Positions 1 to 12,295 of a stretch of 64,000 bases of DNA are shown piece after piece. The stretch comes from Dicyema japonicum (Eukaryota; Animalia; Dicyemida). The stretch's first letter is position 1, and each line of letters opens with the position of its first letter. Under the pieces are notes generated by a model. The model was not told where the DNA came from, did no database searches, and saw nothing but the letters and a program-made list of their open reading frames with translations. The position numbers were made by a program, and so were the translations under genes. The stretch spans positions 494,558 through 558,557 of the forward strand of contig RDEW01000013.1 of the NCBI GenBank assembly GCA_011109175.1, in the 5' to 3' direction.

Positions 1-99
1 TGTTCTCCAGCCTCCTCAGGCAGGTTCAATTCTGGTTGCTGAAACAACTACGAGAGCGCCTTGTCCAATTGAACCCTCTGTCCATATGGCATCTCCGGG

Positions 100-850
100 C
101 TCTGCCTCCTATACTCCAGTGTCAGGCTCCACTTAATACAGTGGGTCCGCTTTAATACAGTGGACTATAGATAGGCCTGGAGATTCCTATCTACCCCTAA
201 CTGCTTCAGATAACTCTTGTGGTACTTTGTTGCAATTCCTTCCCACGTCATTACTATTGAATAACGAGGACCTCGCAACAAAGCATCTGACCCATCTCGT
301 TTGTAAGCAATTCATTCTTCTTTTTTTCTCAACCTCAATAGTCTGCAAACGGTGTTGAGACGTAATGACAACTTCTATGATAAGGGCTTGGCCAGACTCT
401 TTGTCGTGTACCACAATGTCCGGCTTATTGTGCTTGACTAGCACCGAGGTACAGATAACACTGTCTACCTTAATTTGGACCCTGGTATTATCTGCTACAG
501 ATTGCACCTTATGAGTCCCCAACTTTCTGGTGTGGCGAATACCATATTTATTGCATAGTAGAAGATGAAGACTCCTCACTACCTCGTTATGCCTCCACAC
601 ATAGTCGTGGCAGAGCATGGATCCACACGAGTGGCTAAATAATCAACCGACATTCTCCTTGACTTACAATGGGGATATGTATTTGTTGATTGACCTCAAA
701 AAATATTGCGGTCTTTCATATACGTGTACAGCGCCTCTGATCGAGGTGAGTTGTCACCGTATTTTAGCCATATTGTCGACGACTTATGGTCGACATGTGG
801 GTTGTGCAATGCTCTGAGGAGGACCTTATGAAGGCTATTTAAGTTGATCT
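100..850 (-). mobile_element. R4/Dong-like non-LTR retrotransposon fragment (zinc knuckle + restriction-like endonuclease)
   Basis: ORF 187..618: RHNEVV...KPDIVVHDK...LIIEV...EKK (RLE PD-(D/E)xK signature). The upstream minus frame reads WLKYGDNSPRSEALYTYMKDRNIF and a CCHC-like region. Confidence 0.85.
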
Positions 851-1079
851 TTTCCATCAAATTATTATATTGTAATCTTTAAAAAGACAGAAAATAGAAA
901 AAATATATCATAACAGAGTTATATATTCGACATTATAAATTCATATAATTTTTGCATGCCAAAATGCATCCACGGAGAATCTTTCCAAATCATATAACAT
1001 TAATTGAAGTCCAATCCAAGGCAGTAGTAAAAGAATATTTATGGAAATTGGCTTAATCTAACCGAAAAACAAATATCCC

Positions 1080-2480
1080 ACAACCACAGCACAGAGGAGG
1101 ACTGCAATTTCAGAATTGTGAATATAACCAAAAAAAGGACCTGTCAGAGCATAAAAGAACACAAGGACAAAAGATGGCTGCATCTAGTTAACCACCTCGA
1201 CAGGAAAAGTACATCCCGACATTTCTGGAAAACTCTTAAACAAGTCAAGTCGGAGCTGGATGATGCAGACGGAACCGGAAAGTTTTCTCCTGAACACTTA
1301 TGCCACCTACATCCTAACACCCTTATGAAACATTACGCTGGAATTAGCTTCAAACCATTCTCGAAACACCTGGACATTAAGGTGCGTGCCCATATATCGA
1401 AGAAGGAACCTTACCACGAACTATTCACAGATGACCAAGTCTTGGATGTGATCACCAGATTAAAGAGCTCACGGGCGTGCGGGCCTGACAAAGTATCTTC
1501 TATTCACCTAAAACACCTAAGCCACTACGCAATTGGCTACCTCACGCATATATACAACCTGTCCATTAACTATAATATTATTCCCAAGATTTGGATGAAT
1601 TCTATCATCAGACCGATATTGAAGGCTGGGAAACCAGAGACAGAACCTGCCTCTTACAGGCCTATTTCCGTTACCAGCACACTGTCAAAAATTATGGAGA
1701 AACTTGTATTATCAGTCATATTCCGTATCTCCCACGTCCTATATTTCAACATGGTTTCCTCCGCGGTAGGTCCACCGCTACATACTTGGCAACCCTATCG
1801 CAGTTCATTGCCGACGGTTTTAACACCCATCTCCCGCCTCACAAACGCACAATCTTGGATTCTATTGACATCAACTACGCCTTTGACACTGTCCTTGGAG
1901 TCAAGTACGACAGTCTACTCAATTTCAACTCCCACGCAAAAGACATGATTACCAGGGGCCTCCAGAAAATTAACGTTTTACGCGCCCTTGTCCGGAGGAC
2001 CACGAGGAACATGGACTTTTCCGTTTCTACCCTCTACCAACAAACAATCGCGCCTGCCGTTGAGTATGCCTCCGTTGCATGGAGATTCGCGCTATCGGAG
2101 TCTATGGTCCAAAGAGTCAACTCGATACACCGGAAAACAATCAGTATGCTTTGCCCACGTAATGGATCAACAGTCGACCCACTACTCATGGAAGCTAAGA
2201 TCCGTAGTGTGGCTCCGGATTTCTTCGCATCTGTGAGGAAAATGGAAATCCGCTTCGCCTGATCCTTTCCATGGCAAGAGAAAACCGATTGGATAAGAAA
2301 TTCCCCTCCCTGATCGGATTCCTCTGCAAGACCGAGAGAAGGCTCTTCCGGAAAGTAGTGGGGACGATGGAAGATCACAGACGTCGAATGGCACAATTGA
2401 TTGCGAGGACTGGGATCACCTAACTGTTTGACTCTTTTGTCTTTCTTTCTCGGTGTTCCCGGGTTATTAAAATAAATAAA
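1080..2480 (+). mobile_element. Ingi/Vingi-like (I-group) LINE, 5'-truncated and internally deleted, 3' end intact
   Basis: RT motifs ACGPDKVS, KAGKPETEPASYRPISVTS, QHGFLRGRSTAT, IDINYAFD. C-terminus ...MAQLIARTGIT*, followed by a 3' hairpin and an A/TAA tail. Confidence 0.8.
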
Positions 2481-2772
2481 TTAAAAAAAGTAAACCGAGT
2501 GAGGCATCAGAAAGTTCCTGGTCAGATGAGATAATTCGTAGTTGATCGATTATTTTTGAATTCATGCTGGAACGGTTGATTAGAAGATTTTTCCAGACTT
2601 TACAAGGGCGAGCTTCTCTAAGAATTTGGACGCTAAAAAACTGCACTAATACGGAGAGTTGTAACTTTCATCTTCGATCCATGTATAAAGTCCTGTTAAG
2701 TGTTGGATCGAGTCCTCTGACGTTGAAAGTTGCAATTGTATAGAATAGACAGACTGAAAATAAGATAAAGAC

Positions 2773-3112
2773 ATTTATTTTTTTTATTTTATCAACCCCG
2801 GATACACAGAGAAAGAAGTTAAATTAAACAACTAATTAGTGTATCCAGTTTCCACTTCTACAGAAAGAGTTCATCCGGAATCAACATAAAAGGTAAAAGA
2901 CGTCCATAGTTGCAGTTGTGGAAACCCCTCCAGTGGAGTGGGAGAGAGCAAATGATCCTTTTTACAGAGCAAATGCCAGGCACTGGGCGCCACCTAGACA
3001 GGTGAATCACATGACGCCACTCTAATAGGAAAAGAGAAGAGAAACAGACAAACAAACATAAAACTTAGACTAATTAGCCACGCAGCACCACATGGCGCCA
3101 GGCGGCGTAAGC
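2773..3112 (-). mobile_element. Short non-autonomous Vingi-like element (5' hairpin + pseudoknot + 3' hairpin + A-rich tail), copy 1
   Basis: Colinear and highly similar to 41593-41920. Contains the GGCGTCA/TGGCGCC and TGATTC/GGATCA pseudoknot (2953-3018) and a GGATACAC/GTGTATCC terminal stem. Confidence 0.8.
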
Positions 3113-3264
3113 AATTTAATAATAATAAGAGACATGTCAACCACTCAATCAACACTAATAAAAGAAATAATTATTTTTTAAGATATGTTAATTTAATTTT
3201 TCGTCTCAGAAATTATTAAATAATTCATATAATTAAAAAACTTTTAGTTTCCTAGGGAATAATA

Positions 3265-5500
3265 ATGCCAAAAGGAAAAAAGCAATTAGACATATTATCA
3301 AAGACTGATGGATTAAATGATAATTCAGACACTCAAAGAGACGTTAATGATATGGAACAGGATTATGAAAACACTATTGATGAGAGTCCTCCGTTGATAT
3401 CCTTACTTATTAAAGAGTATTATGATTTTAAAATGTAGTTATATAGGGTTTGAAGATGGACTTTTGGATGGATTTGGTAAAGTCTACTATACTGATGGGC
3501 ATATTTATGAAGTAAAATCAAGTGAAATGTTTAGGGAACGTTTGTGAATGGACAAATGGATGGAAAGGGAATTATATTTTGGCCTGATGGAGTTAAATAT
3601 GAAGTTTGACTATTAAAATCATATTTAGGGCGATTTTTGTATGAACGAAATAACTGGGATTGGAAAGTACACGTGGCCAAATGGAAAGTAGTTAATTAAT
3701 ATTATTTAGTTTTTATGAAGGGGAAGTCATTGGAGGTGTGAGAAATGGAAATGGAAAATTTACGTATTCAAACGGATCATTTTACATTGGAGATTGGGTT
3801 AAGGGAAAAAAACACGGATTTGGATATTTTAAAGATGTGGACCAAAGTTATGAGGGAATGTGGACCAATGATTTGCCGAATGGATACGGAATTAGACAGT
3901 ACTCTAATAGAGATACTTATGAAGGAATCTTTGTTCGTGGAATTCGTCATGGAAAAGGAAAAATGAACTGGAAAACCTTAAAACAATCATATATCGGAGA
4001 TTGGAAGTTTAATCACAAGGTTAGATTTAGTTTGACGACAAAAAGACTGGGAGAGGTACTTACACGTGGTATATCGAAAATACAAACAGATTGCCATCTC
4101 ACAATGAATACATTGGGGATTTGATTGATGACAAAAAACATGGTGATGGGACATTTTATTATGCCGACGGAGCTATTTTTGAGGGAAAATTCTATAACGA
4201 CAAAAAACATGGAAAAGTTTATTTTTATTTTTTTATTGAAGGGACGACTTACATTTAAAAATGGACGATATTTTGAAGGAAATTTTTGGGAAGATCAACT
4301 ATGTCATATTTCTCTCATTCCTTCGGATCTCGTTGGTGAAATCTCTGAAAAGGTTGTGAGTTCTAAAAATCCGCTTCCTGTCGGTTATATGTACAATTTG
4401 AGTTTGTAGTAAATTCCTATATCAAAAATATAGATAATCTCAACCAAGTAATTTCTGTTTATGTAAATATTCCAATTTTAAAAGAATTAACACCTTCAAT
4501 TTTTGAGAATTTCCCTTCTGTTATTTATTTTTCATAGTTTTAGATTATCAAGATTATCAACCTTCATCTTAACTTCTTCCGAAATGTTTTCCAACAATAT
4601 GGTGGATTAGCGGTGGATAAAGAAAATATTAGATTTGTTATATACAATTATCAATTCTGGCAAATAATGAAAGACTGTATATTTGATGATGTTGACTATT
4701 CCGTGGCTGATTTAGCATTTCTACTTTCCATGTCGGGCAGCAGTATTTTTGACCCAAATGAAAAGATTCTATTTGAAACTTTTATTTCTTATATTATAAT
4801 TCTGGCTCAGAAAATCATACAATCGCATGATCCTGCAATTCGTTTCAAAATATTGGTAGAATCAAAAATGATTCCCAATGCGGTTAAACCTCATAAAGGT
4901 AATTGAATTATGTAAATATAAGGGATAATCTTCCAGGAACGGAAAATGACTGGAAAAGTATTTCAACACTTTGAGAGGACTTACAATATTTATAAAGAAC
5001 ATTTAATAAAAGTTAAATTATTGCTTTATTTCAGAATAATCGGTTTTGTACGTGGAGAGATTTATTGTTGTTGATTAATGTAAAATTAAAATAATTTAAG
5101 GATTTTCGGATATTTACTAATCACTGTTCATGTCTCCATGTTTTATCATTAATGGCAGAGATTGATTCACATTTGGTTGATGAGTTCAACCACTACTCTT
5201 TGGAGAGGACAGTTTTTGTTATATTTATTTTAGTTAACATTTTTGGACTTTTTTGAATGTCTTGTCCTTTTGTCTAAAGTTTACGTGACGGACCAAATGC
5301 TTTTAAATTCACGTCATGTTTCTCAAATTGAAAATAATATTGAGTCTAATAATGAAGAAAAGGCCATTTTAGAAATTCAAAAGGATGATTTGAAGAGATT
5401 CACCGATTGGACACACCAGCTAAATTATTTCTTTGTTGACATCTTTTATCCTCGTGCAGAGGCTTTATCAAAAATTAAACTGATTTCAAGAAATTTATAA
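3265..5500 (+). CDS. RSPH10B: Radial spoke head protein 10B-like MORN-repeat protein (many 21-26 nt introns)
   Basis: Spliced reading PPLISLLIKDYIG...YEGTFVNGQMDGKG...YEGEVIGGVRNGNG (MORN repeats). C-terminal FLDFFECLVLLSKVYVT and WTHQLNYFF match the RSPH10B family. Example intron 3417-3438 (22 nt). Confidence 0.85.
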
Positions 5501-6064
5501 TACATTAATATAAATTAATAAATATTAACTATTTCCTTTTAAAATTGAATCGGAAAAGTATATCCATAATCTCTTGATCAGAGTCCTCAGCACTAAAGAA
5601 ACTGGCCACTTTTATGGTTCAATCGTCATATATAGATGAATACTGACAGATTTATTTTGTTATTTGCTAGCCACAGGCGTACAATCTTTGGTAACCCCTA
5701 GCAAAAACAGTCATAGGTAATCCAAGGAGGGAAGGCAAGGGAGAACGTCTGCTTGTGACAACCAAATTAATCCCCCAATAATACATTGCAGGCTTACGTC
5801 AGTTTCTGTAGAGAGGTGAAAAAAATAGGTCCTCTCTCTTCAAGGTTCTACCGAATAGGTCCTACCGTCACGGATACGTAACTCCTATCGTCAAATAATC
5901 TTCAAAATCGCATTTTAACTATAATATAAAAATCAAAATTTCGATTTTTTATCTAGAAACTCGCCCACGTGGTTCCTTTATTTAACTGGGATGAATTTAC
6001 CGGCGATGAATTTACCGGTTACCAATTGTGAGACCGTTGATCTAATTATAAAATAATAATTTAA

Positions 6065-6670
6065 TAAAGGATCTACTTAAAAGCCTTAAAAAGCCTTATG
6101 AGCATTGGAAATCCCCACATCGACCTTAACTCGTCGACATGTTATCCAAATTAAGTCGTATCCGACCTTTGGAGATCTCATGAGCCAATTTGGAGTAGCC
6201 TTGATATAGGCATTCCCGTGAAGTCTTTTACCGTGGATAGCCACTGAGTCCTCGGTCGACCAAGTCTTCTCTTCCCAGTAATATTGCTCAGCATAATGGT
6301 TCTTTCCAGTAAATCAGAGCGGACAACATGCCCAAAGAACGCCAATCTGTGTTTTACGATTCTTCCTTCTAGCGAAATGTCCGTCTCCACCCGTTTGAGT
6401 ACATCGGTGTTTGTTATTTTGGAAGTCCAAGGGATTCTTAGTAAACTCCTCCAGCACCAAAGTTCAAAAGCATAAGTCGACAACATGGCTATAATGTGGT
6501 GACAACTCACCTCGATAGAAGTGTTATACACGTATATGCAAGACCCAATATTTTTTGGGGGTCGATCAACAAATACATGTCACAATTGTATGTCAAAGAG
6601 GATTTCGGCTTATCATATAGCCACTCAGTGCGAATCCATGCTCTGCCAAGATTATGTGTGGAGGCATAAT
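6065..6670 (+). mobile_element. R4/Dong-like fragment interrupted by an RTE insertion
   Basis: Homologous (inverted) to 590-850; split at GTCGACA by 6140-6472. Confidence 0.75.
6140..6472 (-). mobile_element. RTE-BovB-like 3' fragment
   Basis: AFELWCWRSLLRIPWTSKITN...FFGHVVRS...GRPRTQW; closely similar to 12972-13340. Confidence 0.9.
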
Positions 6671-6890
6671 ATCGCTGCTGTAAATTCCGGCTGAAGGTTC
6701 CACACATCTTGATTCTCTTGCTTGACGAGTGACGCCGTCATCAGTGAACATCTCACTGCGGAACCTGATCGTCTACAAAAGGACTCACACCGACAAAAAG
6801 AACAGAAACAAGTGAAAAGCATTCCTTGGTTCTTTCTAATCGATTAGTTACGATAACCTCTTTACTTAAAATAAAATGTTTGTCCTGTCT
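6670..6890 (+). mobile_element. tRNA-derived SINE, truncated copy
   Basis: Shares the core CTTGACGAGTGACGCCGTCATCAGTGAACATCTCACTGCGGAA and downstream body with 6935-7250, 30452-30710 and 34215-34530. Confidence 0.75.
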
Positions 6891-6897
6891 CAAATAA

Positions 6898-8135
6898 AAT
6901 GCTTCACGAAATAAGGCTCTAAATGAATTAATAATAACAGCCTTTTTCACGGAGCCGTGGTATTAGCTCCGCATAGGCAGGACACACACTATATTTAAAT
7001 AAAGAACAGTTAATTTTAACTAATCGTAGAACCAAGGAATGATCTTCACTTTTATTTTCTTTTTCTTGTGTGTGGGTCCTTTCTAGATAATCCATTTCCG
7101 CAGTGAGATTCGACTGATGACGGCGTCACTCGTCAAGCCTTTTTAGCATCGTAGATGCGTAGAACCTTCCACCAAGTGAACAGCAGCGAGATTCGAACCC
7201 GTAACCTAAGCCACTTAAGACCGACACCTAACCACTATGCCACCCGGCTTTAATGAAGAAAAGGCCATCAAAGACTCACACCGACAAAAAGAAAAAATGA
7301 ATTAATGAAATTTTTTAAATGAATTAATGAAAAAATTAAAAAAATTGAACAATGCAGAATTTGTAAATATTATTATAACTTTTTTAAAATAAATTGCTAA
7401 ATCTTTACGACCTAGTGGTGTTAAAACGATACCGACAAAGTCAAAGCTGAGCTATTAACGACTCCCTACCTAAGAAGAAACCGTTATGGGCTTCATATAG
7501 ATGCTTATAATCATTTCCTTAGCGAAAAAAAGTCATTATCACAAAAATAAGTCACTTGTTTCTACGCAGCGTGATGTTCGGTGGAAAATGTTTAACGATC
7601 GCATCTATTAATTCATCGAAGAAGTTTTCCAAATGGCTCACATGACTTCTCCACAAAAATTATACAAAATAACTCGGAGTATTTAATACCTGGAAAATAT
7701 GAACCCATGAAGTGACGCGCGGTACCTTTTTGTCTTTAGTGATTAACTTTGAGGTGCACATAGGCAGAGCATTAAAATTTGGCGTTGAATAACCTATTTC
7801 TAAGAATATACTAGTTAGAATTACCCTTCCATTTGTCAGTGTGTATCACTGATCCCGGTGCGATATTTCGCTGTATAGCCGCTGCTAGAGTTCTTTTCAA
7901 CCGATCAGGAACCATCTCTAGGAAACAGAATGTGGTATTTCGTAGTCCTTCAGTTTTGAATATTTTTGTATAACAACTATATCAATCATCCCCATAAGCC
8001 GGTAAAAAATTCAAAATTTTATTTAAAAAAATTTATAATAATATTTACAAATTCGGCATTGTTCATTTTTTATTTTTAGATCTAATATTCAAAAAAATTC
8101 ATTAATTCATTTAGAGCCTTATTTCGTGAAGCATG
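6898..8135. mobile_element. Non-autonomous DNA transposon with long TIRs (Tc1/mariner-like), carrying a SINE and LINE remnants
   Basis: ATGCTTCACGAAATAAGGCTCTAAATGAATTAAT at 6899-6932 is the reverse complement of 8101-8134. The inverted match resumes at 7345-7385 vs 8028-8068. TA lies at the right flank. Confidence 0.7.
6935..7250 (-). mobile_element. tRNA-derived SINE, near full length, with RTE-like tail
   Basis: Head GCCGGGTGGCATAGTGGTTAG (A box) ... GGTTCGAATC (B box). Tail ATGCGGAGCTAATACCACGGCTCCGTGAAAAAGGC resembles the RTE 3' end. Confidence 0.85.
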
Positions 8136-8414
8136 TATTGAAAAAGAATCGAATTATCTAATAATAGAGACTTTATCAAATAATAAATCATTTCTAAAAG
8201 ATAATCTGTCAAACGTTATAAACTAAATATTTATTATCCTAATTTGTTACTATGTAACATGATATAAAATGATTTTGTTTATTAAATAATGTAGTCATAG
8301 TGATATACAAAGGGTTTAAATAAAGTCTTAACTATTAATTTAAATATGATTTTTAAAATATCAATTAATAATTTAAAAATAAAAAATATAATTTAAAAAT
8401 TTTAATCGTGGGTG

Positions 8415-9716
8415 ATGTCCCCGTTTGTTATGAAATTGACTCAAGTCTATCACTCTCATAAAAAGAGCCATTCTATAAAAAGGACGCATTCAAATGTATG
8501 CTTACGTTAATTTCAGGATAACCCATATAATGAAAGCATGTTTGTAAGTCAAAGTACTTGCAGATCAGTAAGATTAGAAATTGGAATAAGAAAGTTTAAC
8601 CACGATTGTCAGAAAGTATGATATATTATTTATTAAAGGGAATTGATTATTTACTAAAAAAGGGAAAGTTAACTGATGATGAATCTGTTGCTTCATTTCT
8701 ATTTGAGAATTATCAATTCCTATCAAAAGTTTCTATTGGCAAGTTTATTGCTAAAAAGTAATATTTTAATTAATATAAGTGATTCATTTAATATATCAGT
8801 CCTCGATAAGTTTAGTTCGTTGTTTGATTTTGCTAATGTCAACATATTGGATGCTCTAAGGTATATATAATCCTTAATGATAGAAAATATTTATATACAT
8901 TTGTTATCCCTGGAGAGTCACAACAAATCAATAGGATTATTGAAAGTTTTTCTAAATATTATCAAATTCAAAATAGTCCCAAATTCTGTGATTCTGGTTT
9001 ATTATTTATAAATTTATAGAATTGTGTTATTCCCTTGCATTCTCATTAATAATACTAAATACAGCTCTACACAATCATAATGTTAAAGTTAAACCCACGT
9101 GTGATCAGTTTGTTAATAGTATCAAGAGAATTGATGAATCTAATAATCTTACTGTTTCTCTTCTCACAGTTTTGTTATTATTTAATAATAGGATTTGTTC
9201 AAAGATATAAAACGTGACCCCTTTTATTACCCCGACCAGGATATACCCATTCCCAGACCTATTGCGATTGTAAAGGAAGGCTGGTTATTAAAATATTGTA
9301 TTAATATTAAATATTTGTATAGCTAATAGAATTTTAAAGTCATTTTCATGCCGGTGGTTTGTTTTGTCTGATGGATATTTATATTACTTTCTCAAATCCA
9401 CTGATAAGGATCCAGCTGCTATTATTCATTTGAGGAATGTTACCATTAATGTTGACCCATCCATTCCAAACTGTTTTGAAATAACTTCAATAAAACCATT
9501 CTTCCTCAAAGTCTACAAACAAATTAATAATGGAAGTATTATCGCAAAGTCTACGAGGAGATCATATAAATTAAAAGCATATAGTGAAATGGATATGCAC
9601 GAATGGGCCACAAATATTATGTTTTTATTTTAATTATTTTTAGTAAGTTCGTTAATACACAAATTGTTTTCTCTAAGAAATTTAGTGATGGAAGAGATTA
9701 TTATACAGTATTATAA
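8415..9716 (+). CDS. Cytohesin-like Arf GEF (Sec7 + PH domains)
   Basis: Spliced: IGIRKFN...GIDYL...FDFANVNILDALR...FVIPGESQQINRII (glutamic finger), CYSLAFSLIILNTALHNHNVK. PH domain VKEGWLLK...RWFVLSDGYLYYF. Introns 21-25 nt; start codon inferred. Confidence 0.85.
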
Positions 9717-9757
9717 TATATTTTCTATTTAATAAATAACAGATAATATTAGCCAAG

Positions 9758-11115
9758 TCATAAACTGCTAAAACAAAGACACGAATTAGTGCCTCCAAAT
9801 CCAAATGAGTTCTTTAGTCCATATCTTTTATCACAATAAGTTTGCTTCCATATTTGACTCTCATTGGCTGCATAATTAAGATCAAATCCATCATCAAGTT
9901 TATCAATATTAATAGAAGGTGGAATAATCCCTCTCTTACAAGCCATCAATGCCAATACTAATTCAGCACTTCCTGCAGCTCCGAGCATGTGACCAATCGC
10001 ACCCTTTTGAGAGGAAACTTGCAATTTCATTGAATGGGAACCAAATAATTTTTTGATAGCTCCATTTTCAATCTGATCTCCTAGTGGTGTTGATGTGGCA
10101 TGACAGTTTACATAACCAATTTGTTCAGGCATCACATTTCTTTCACCAAGAGCATATTTCATAGCCATAAATCCACCAGAAGAATCTGGATTGGGGGATG
10201 TAATATGATAAGCATCTCCTGATGCTCCATATCCTAATATTTCACCATATAATTGAGCTCTTCTATTAACAGCGTGTTCATACTCTTCAAGGACAACAAC
10301 TCCAGCACCTTCTGCTATGACAAATCCATCTCTTGACATATCAAAGGGTCTGGAGGCTTTATGAGGATTATCATTATATTTAGTGGAGAGTGCTTTTACT
10401 CTGCTAAACCCTGTCATTGTTATGGGATCTACTGGAGACTCTGTAGCTCCACAGACCATAACATTAGCCATCCCATTTGTAATGTATCGATATGCCGTGC
10501 CAATACTGTGGACTCCAGTAGCACATGCAGTGGAATAAGCCATATTTGGTCCCTACAATATATAATCGTTATACCCTCAATTTATATTTAATAGAAGCAA
10601 ATCCAGAAGTTATATTTATTATTACTTTTGGAATAAAGTGGGGGGATAACTTTCTATAACCCCCATCTTCAAAGGATGATCGAGAGGATAGAATTTCACT
10701 TATTATAGACATTGAAGACCCAATTGATATACCTTAATATTATTATTTTAATCACCTGAATAGCTCATCTGTTCTTCATTTTCAGGATTCCAATTTGCAT
10801 CTTCAAGAGCATCCTTAATGGCTTTCATTCCAAACAAAGTAGCATCGCTATAGTATCGAGTTTCACCGACTGGTCCAACAGAGGAAATGTCTAAATTACC
10901 TTCTTCTGATCCACGCGGAACAACTCCTGCAACCCGGCTGGTCAGACTAGAAAATTCTCACATAAACTCAGATTATTACTTTCTCCCGTTAATTGACTTA
11001 TTCCACACTTACCTGCTAACACCTTGGACCACACTGTTTGTAAATTATCCCCAAGACAGCAAACAATTCCCAATCCAGTTACAACAACACGCCTTCCACC
11101 GGAAAGTCTGTTCAT
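9758..11115 (-). CDS. OXSM: 3-oxoacyl-ACP synthase, mitochondrial (KAS II/FabF type)
   Basis: RRVVVTGLGIV N-terminus; catalytic STACATG, CHATSTPLGD, KGAIGHMLGAAG; terminal NSFGFGGTN. Three short introns in the 5' part. Confidence 0.93.
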
Positions 11116-11171
11116 TTTAATATTATATATTTTAATTTTTGTATAAAATTTAAAGGAATTTTAAAATAAAT
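11116..11171. promoter_or_regulatory. Putative bidirectional promoter between OXSM and UBA3
   Basis: Only 56 bp of AT-rich DNA separates the two divergent ATGs. Confidence 0.6.
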
Positions 11172-12295
11172 ATGAGTAGTGATTCTCATGTCAGTGATTT
11201 TCTTTCAAAATTTCAAAGCTGCATGAAATTTACCACAAAAATTACTGATTTTATAGGAAAATGTAAGGTCCTCATACTTGGAGCAGGGGGGTTGGGATGT
11301 GAACTCCTAAAAAACTTTGTAAAATAAAAATTATTATTTAAGGTTTTAAGTGGATTTACGGATATTCATATTATTGACATGGACATTGTCGAATTGTCTA
11401 ATCTGAACAGACAGTTTTTATTCAGGTGAACACTGTCTTAACTCAAGGGAGGAAGATATCGGTAAACCCAAGGCATTTGTTGCAAGTAAATTTATTTCTT
11501 CAAAATTTCCCAATGTTGTGATTAATCACTATTTTAATAAGATTACAGATTTTGATGAAATATATTACTCACGTAATTATAATTAATGATATTTAGAATT
11601 CCACATTATTTCGTGTGGACTTGACTCTCTCTCCTCCCGTCTATGGATAAATTATATTTTAAGCAATATTGGAGGTAATCAAGTTCTCGTTGATGGAGGA
11701 GTTGAAGGATTACAAGGATCTGTTAATAGTGTACGTTATGGAATAACTCCTTGTTTTAACTGTTTTACTGATTTGTATCCTCCATCAGTAAAACTATTTG
11801 TATATTAAGGTCCAATATCCTTTATGTACAATTGCATCAATGCCTCGTTTACCTGAACACTGCATTGAATATGTCTCCTCCATTCTTTGGCAACGAAATC
11901 ACCCCTTTGGACGTATTTTACTGTTTATATTTATAGATGGGGTTGAACATGACTATCACATAAAAGACCATGTGGATTGGATTTACAAAGAGTCGCAATC
12001 ACGTGCAAATTCATTCGACATAGAAGGTGTGACATATTCACTAACATTGAGTATAACACTATTAACTATGTAGGCGTATTAAAGGGTATTATTCCCTCAC
12101 TTGCTGCTACCAATTCAGTAATAGCAGGTTTTTGGCTTTTTATTAGTAGGACTGTGTGTGTTTGAGGTTATCAGGATAATATCAGGATTCACTCATGCTA
12201 ACTACAACAACCTATATATCCAACAGATTGAGGGTATAAACTTAATTTGCCACAACATTAAGAAAAAGGATCATTGTGAATTTTGTGATTTATAG
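11172..12295 (+). CDS. UBA3: NEDD8-activating enzyme E1 catalytic subunit (ends after the Zn-binding CxxC)
   Basis: [32 protein letters not shown], catalytic [42 protein letters not shown]. Short introns. Confidence 0.9.

Noticed and set aside
617-817. ORF pair 617..817 and 6507..6707
   Set aside because: Antisense frames of R4 retrotransposon fragments.
2858-3055. Similar small ORFs at 2858..3055 and 41628..41816 (LLEWRHVIHLSRWRPVPG)
   Set aside because: These are two copies of the same non-coding repeat; the frames diverge after an indel.
3251-3267. AG just upstream of several ATGs (3255, 18196, 55024) as trans-splice acceptors
   Set aside because: Not present for all genes and expected by chance; needs 5' cDNA evidence.
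6720-6762. Hammerhead-like CTGATGA/TTGACGA plus hairpin in the SINE core (also 7114, 45345, 59711, 61056)
   Set aside because: No GAAA after stem II and no stem I/III with an NUH site.
7170-7250. tRNA-like sequence (also 30640-30710)
   Set aside because: It has A/B boxes but no proper acceptor or anticodon stems, and it is attached to a repeated body and RTE tail; it is a SINE head.
9758-10543. Long intronless FabF-like ORF suggesting bacterial HGT or contamination
   Set aside because: Upstream exons are joined by typical mini-introns and the sequence matches eukaryotic OXSM.
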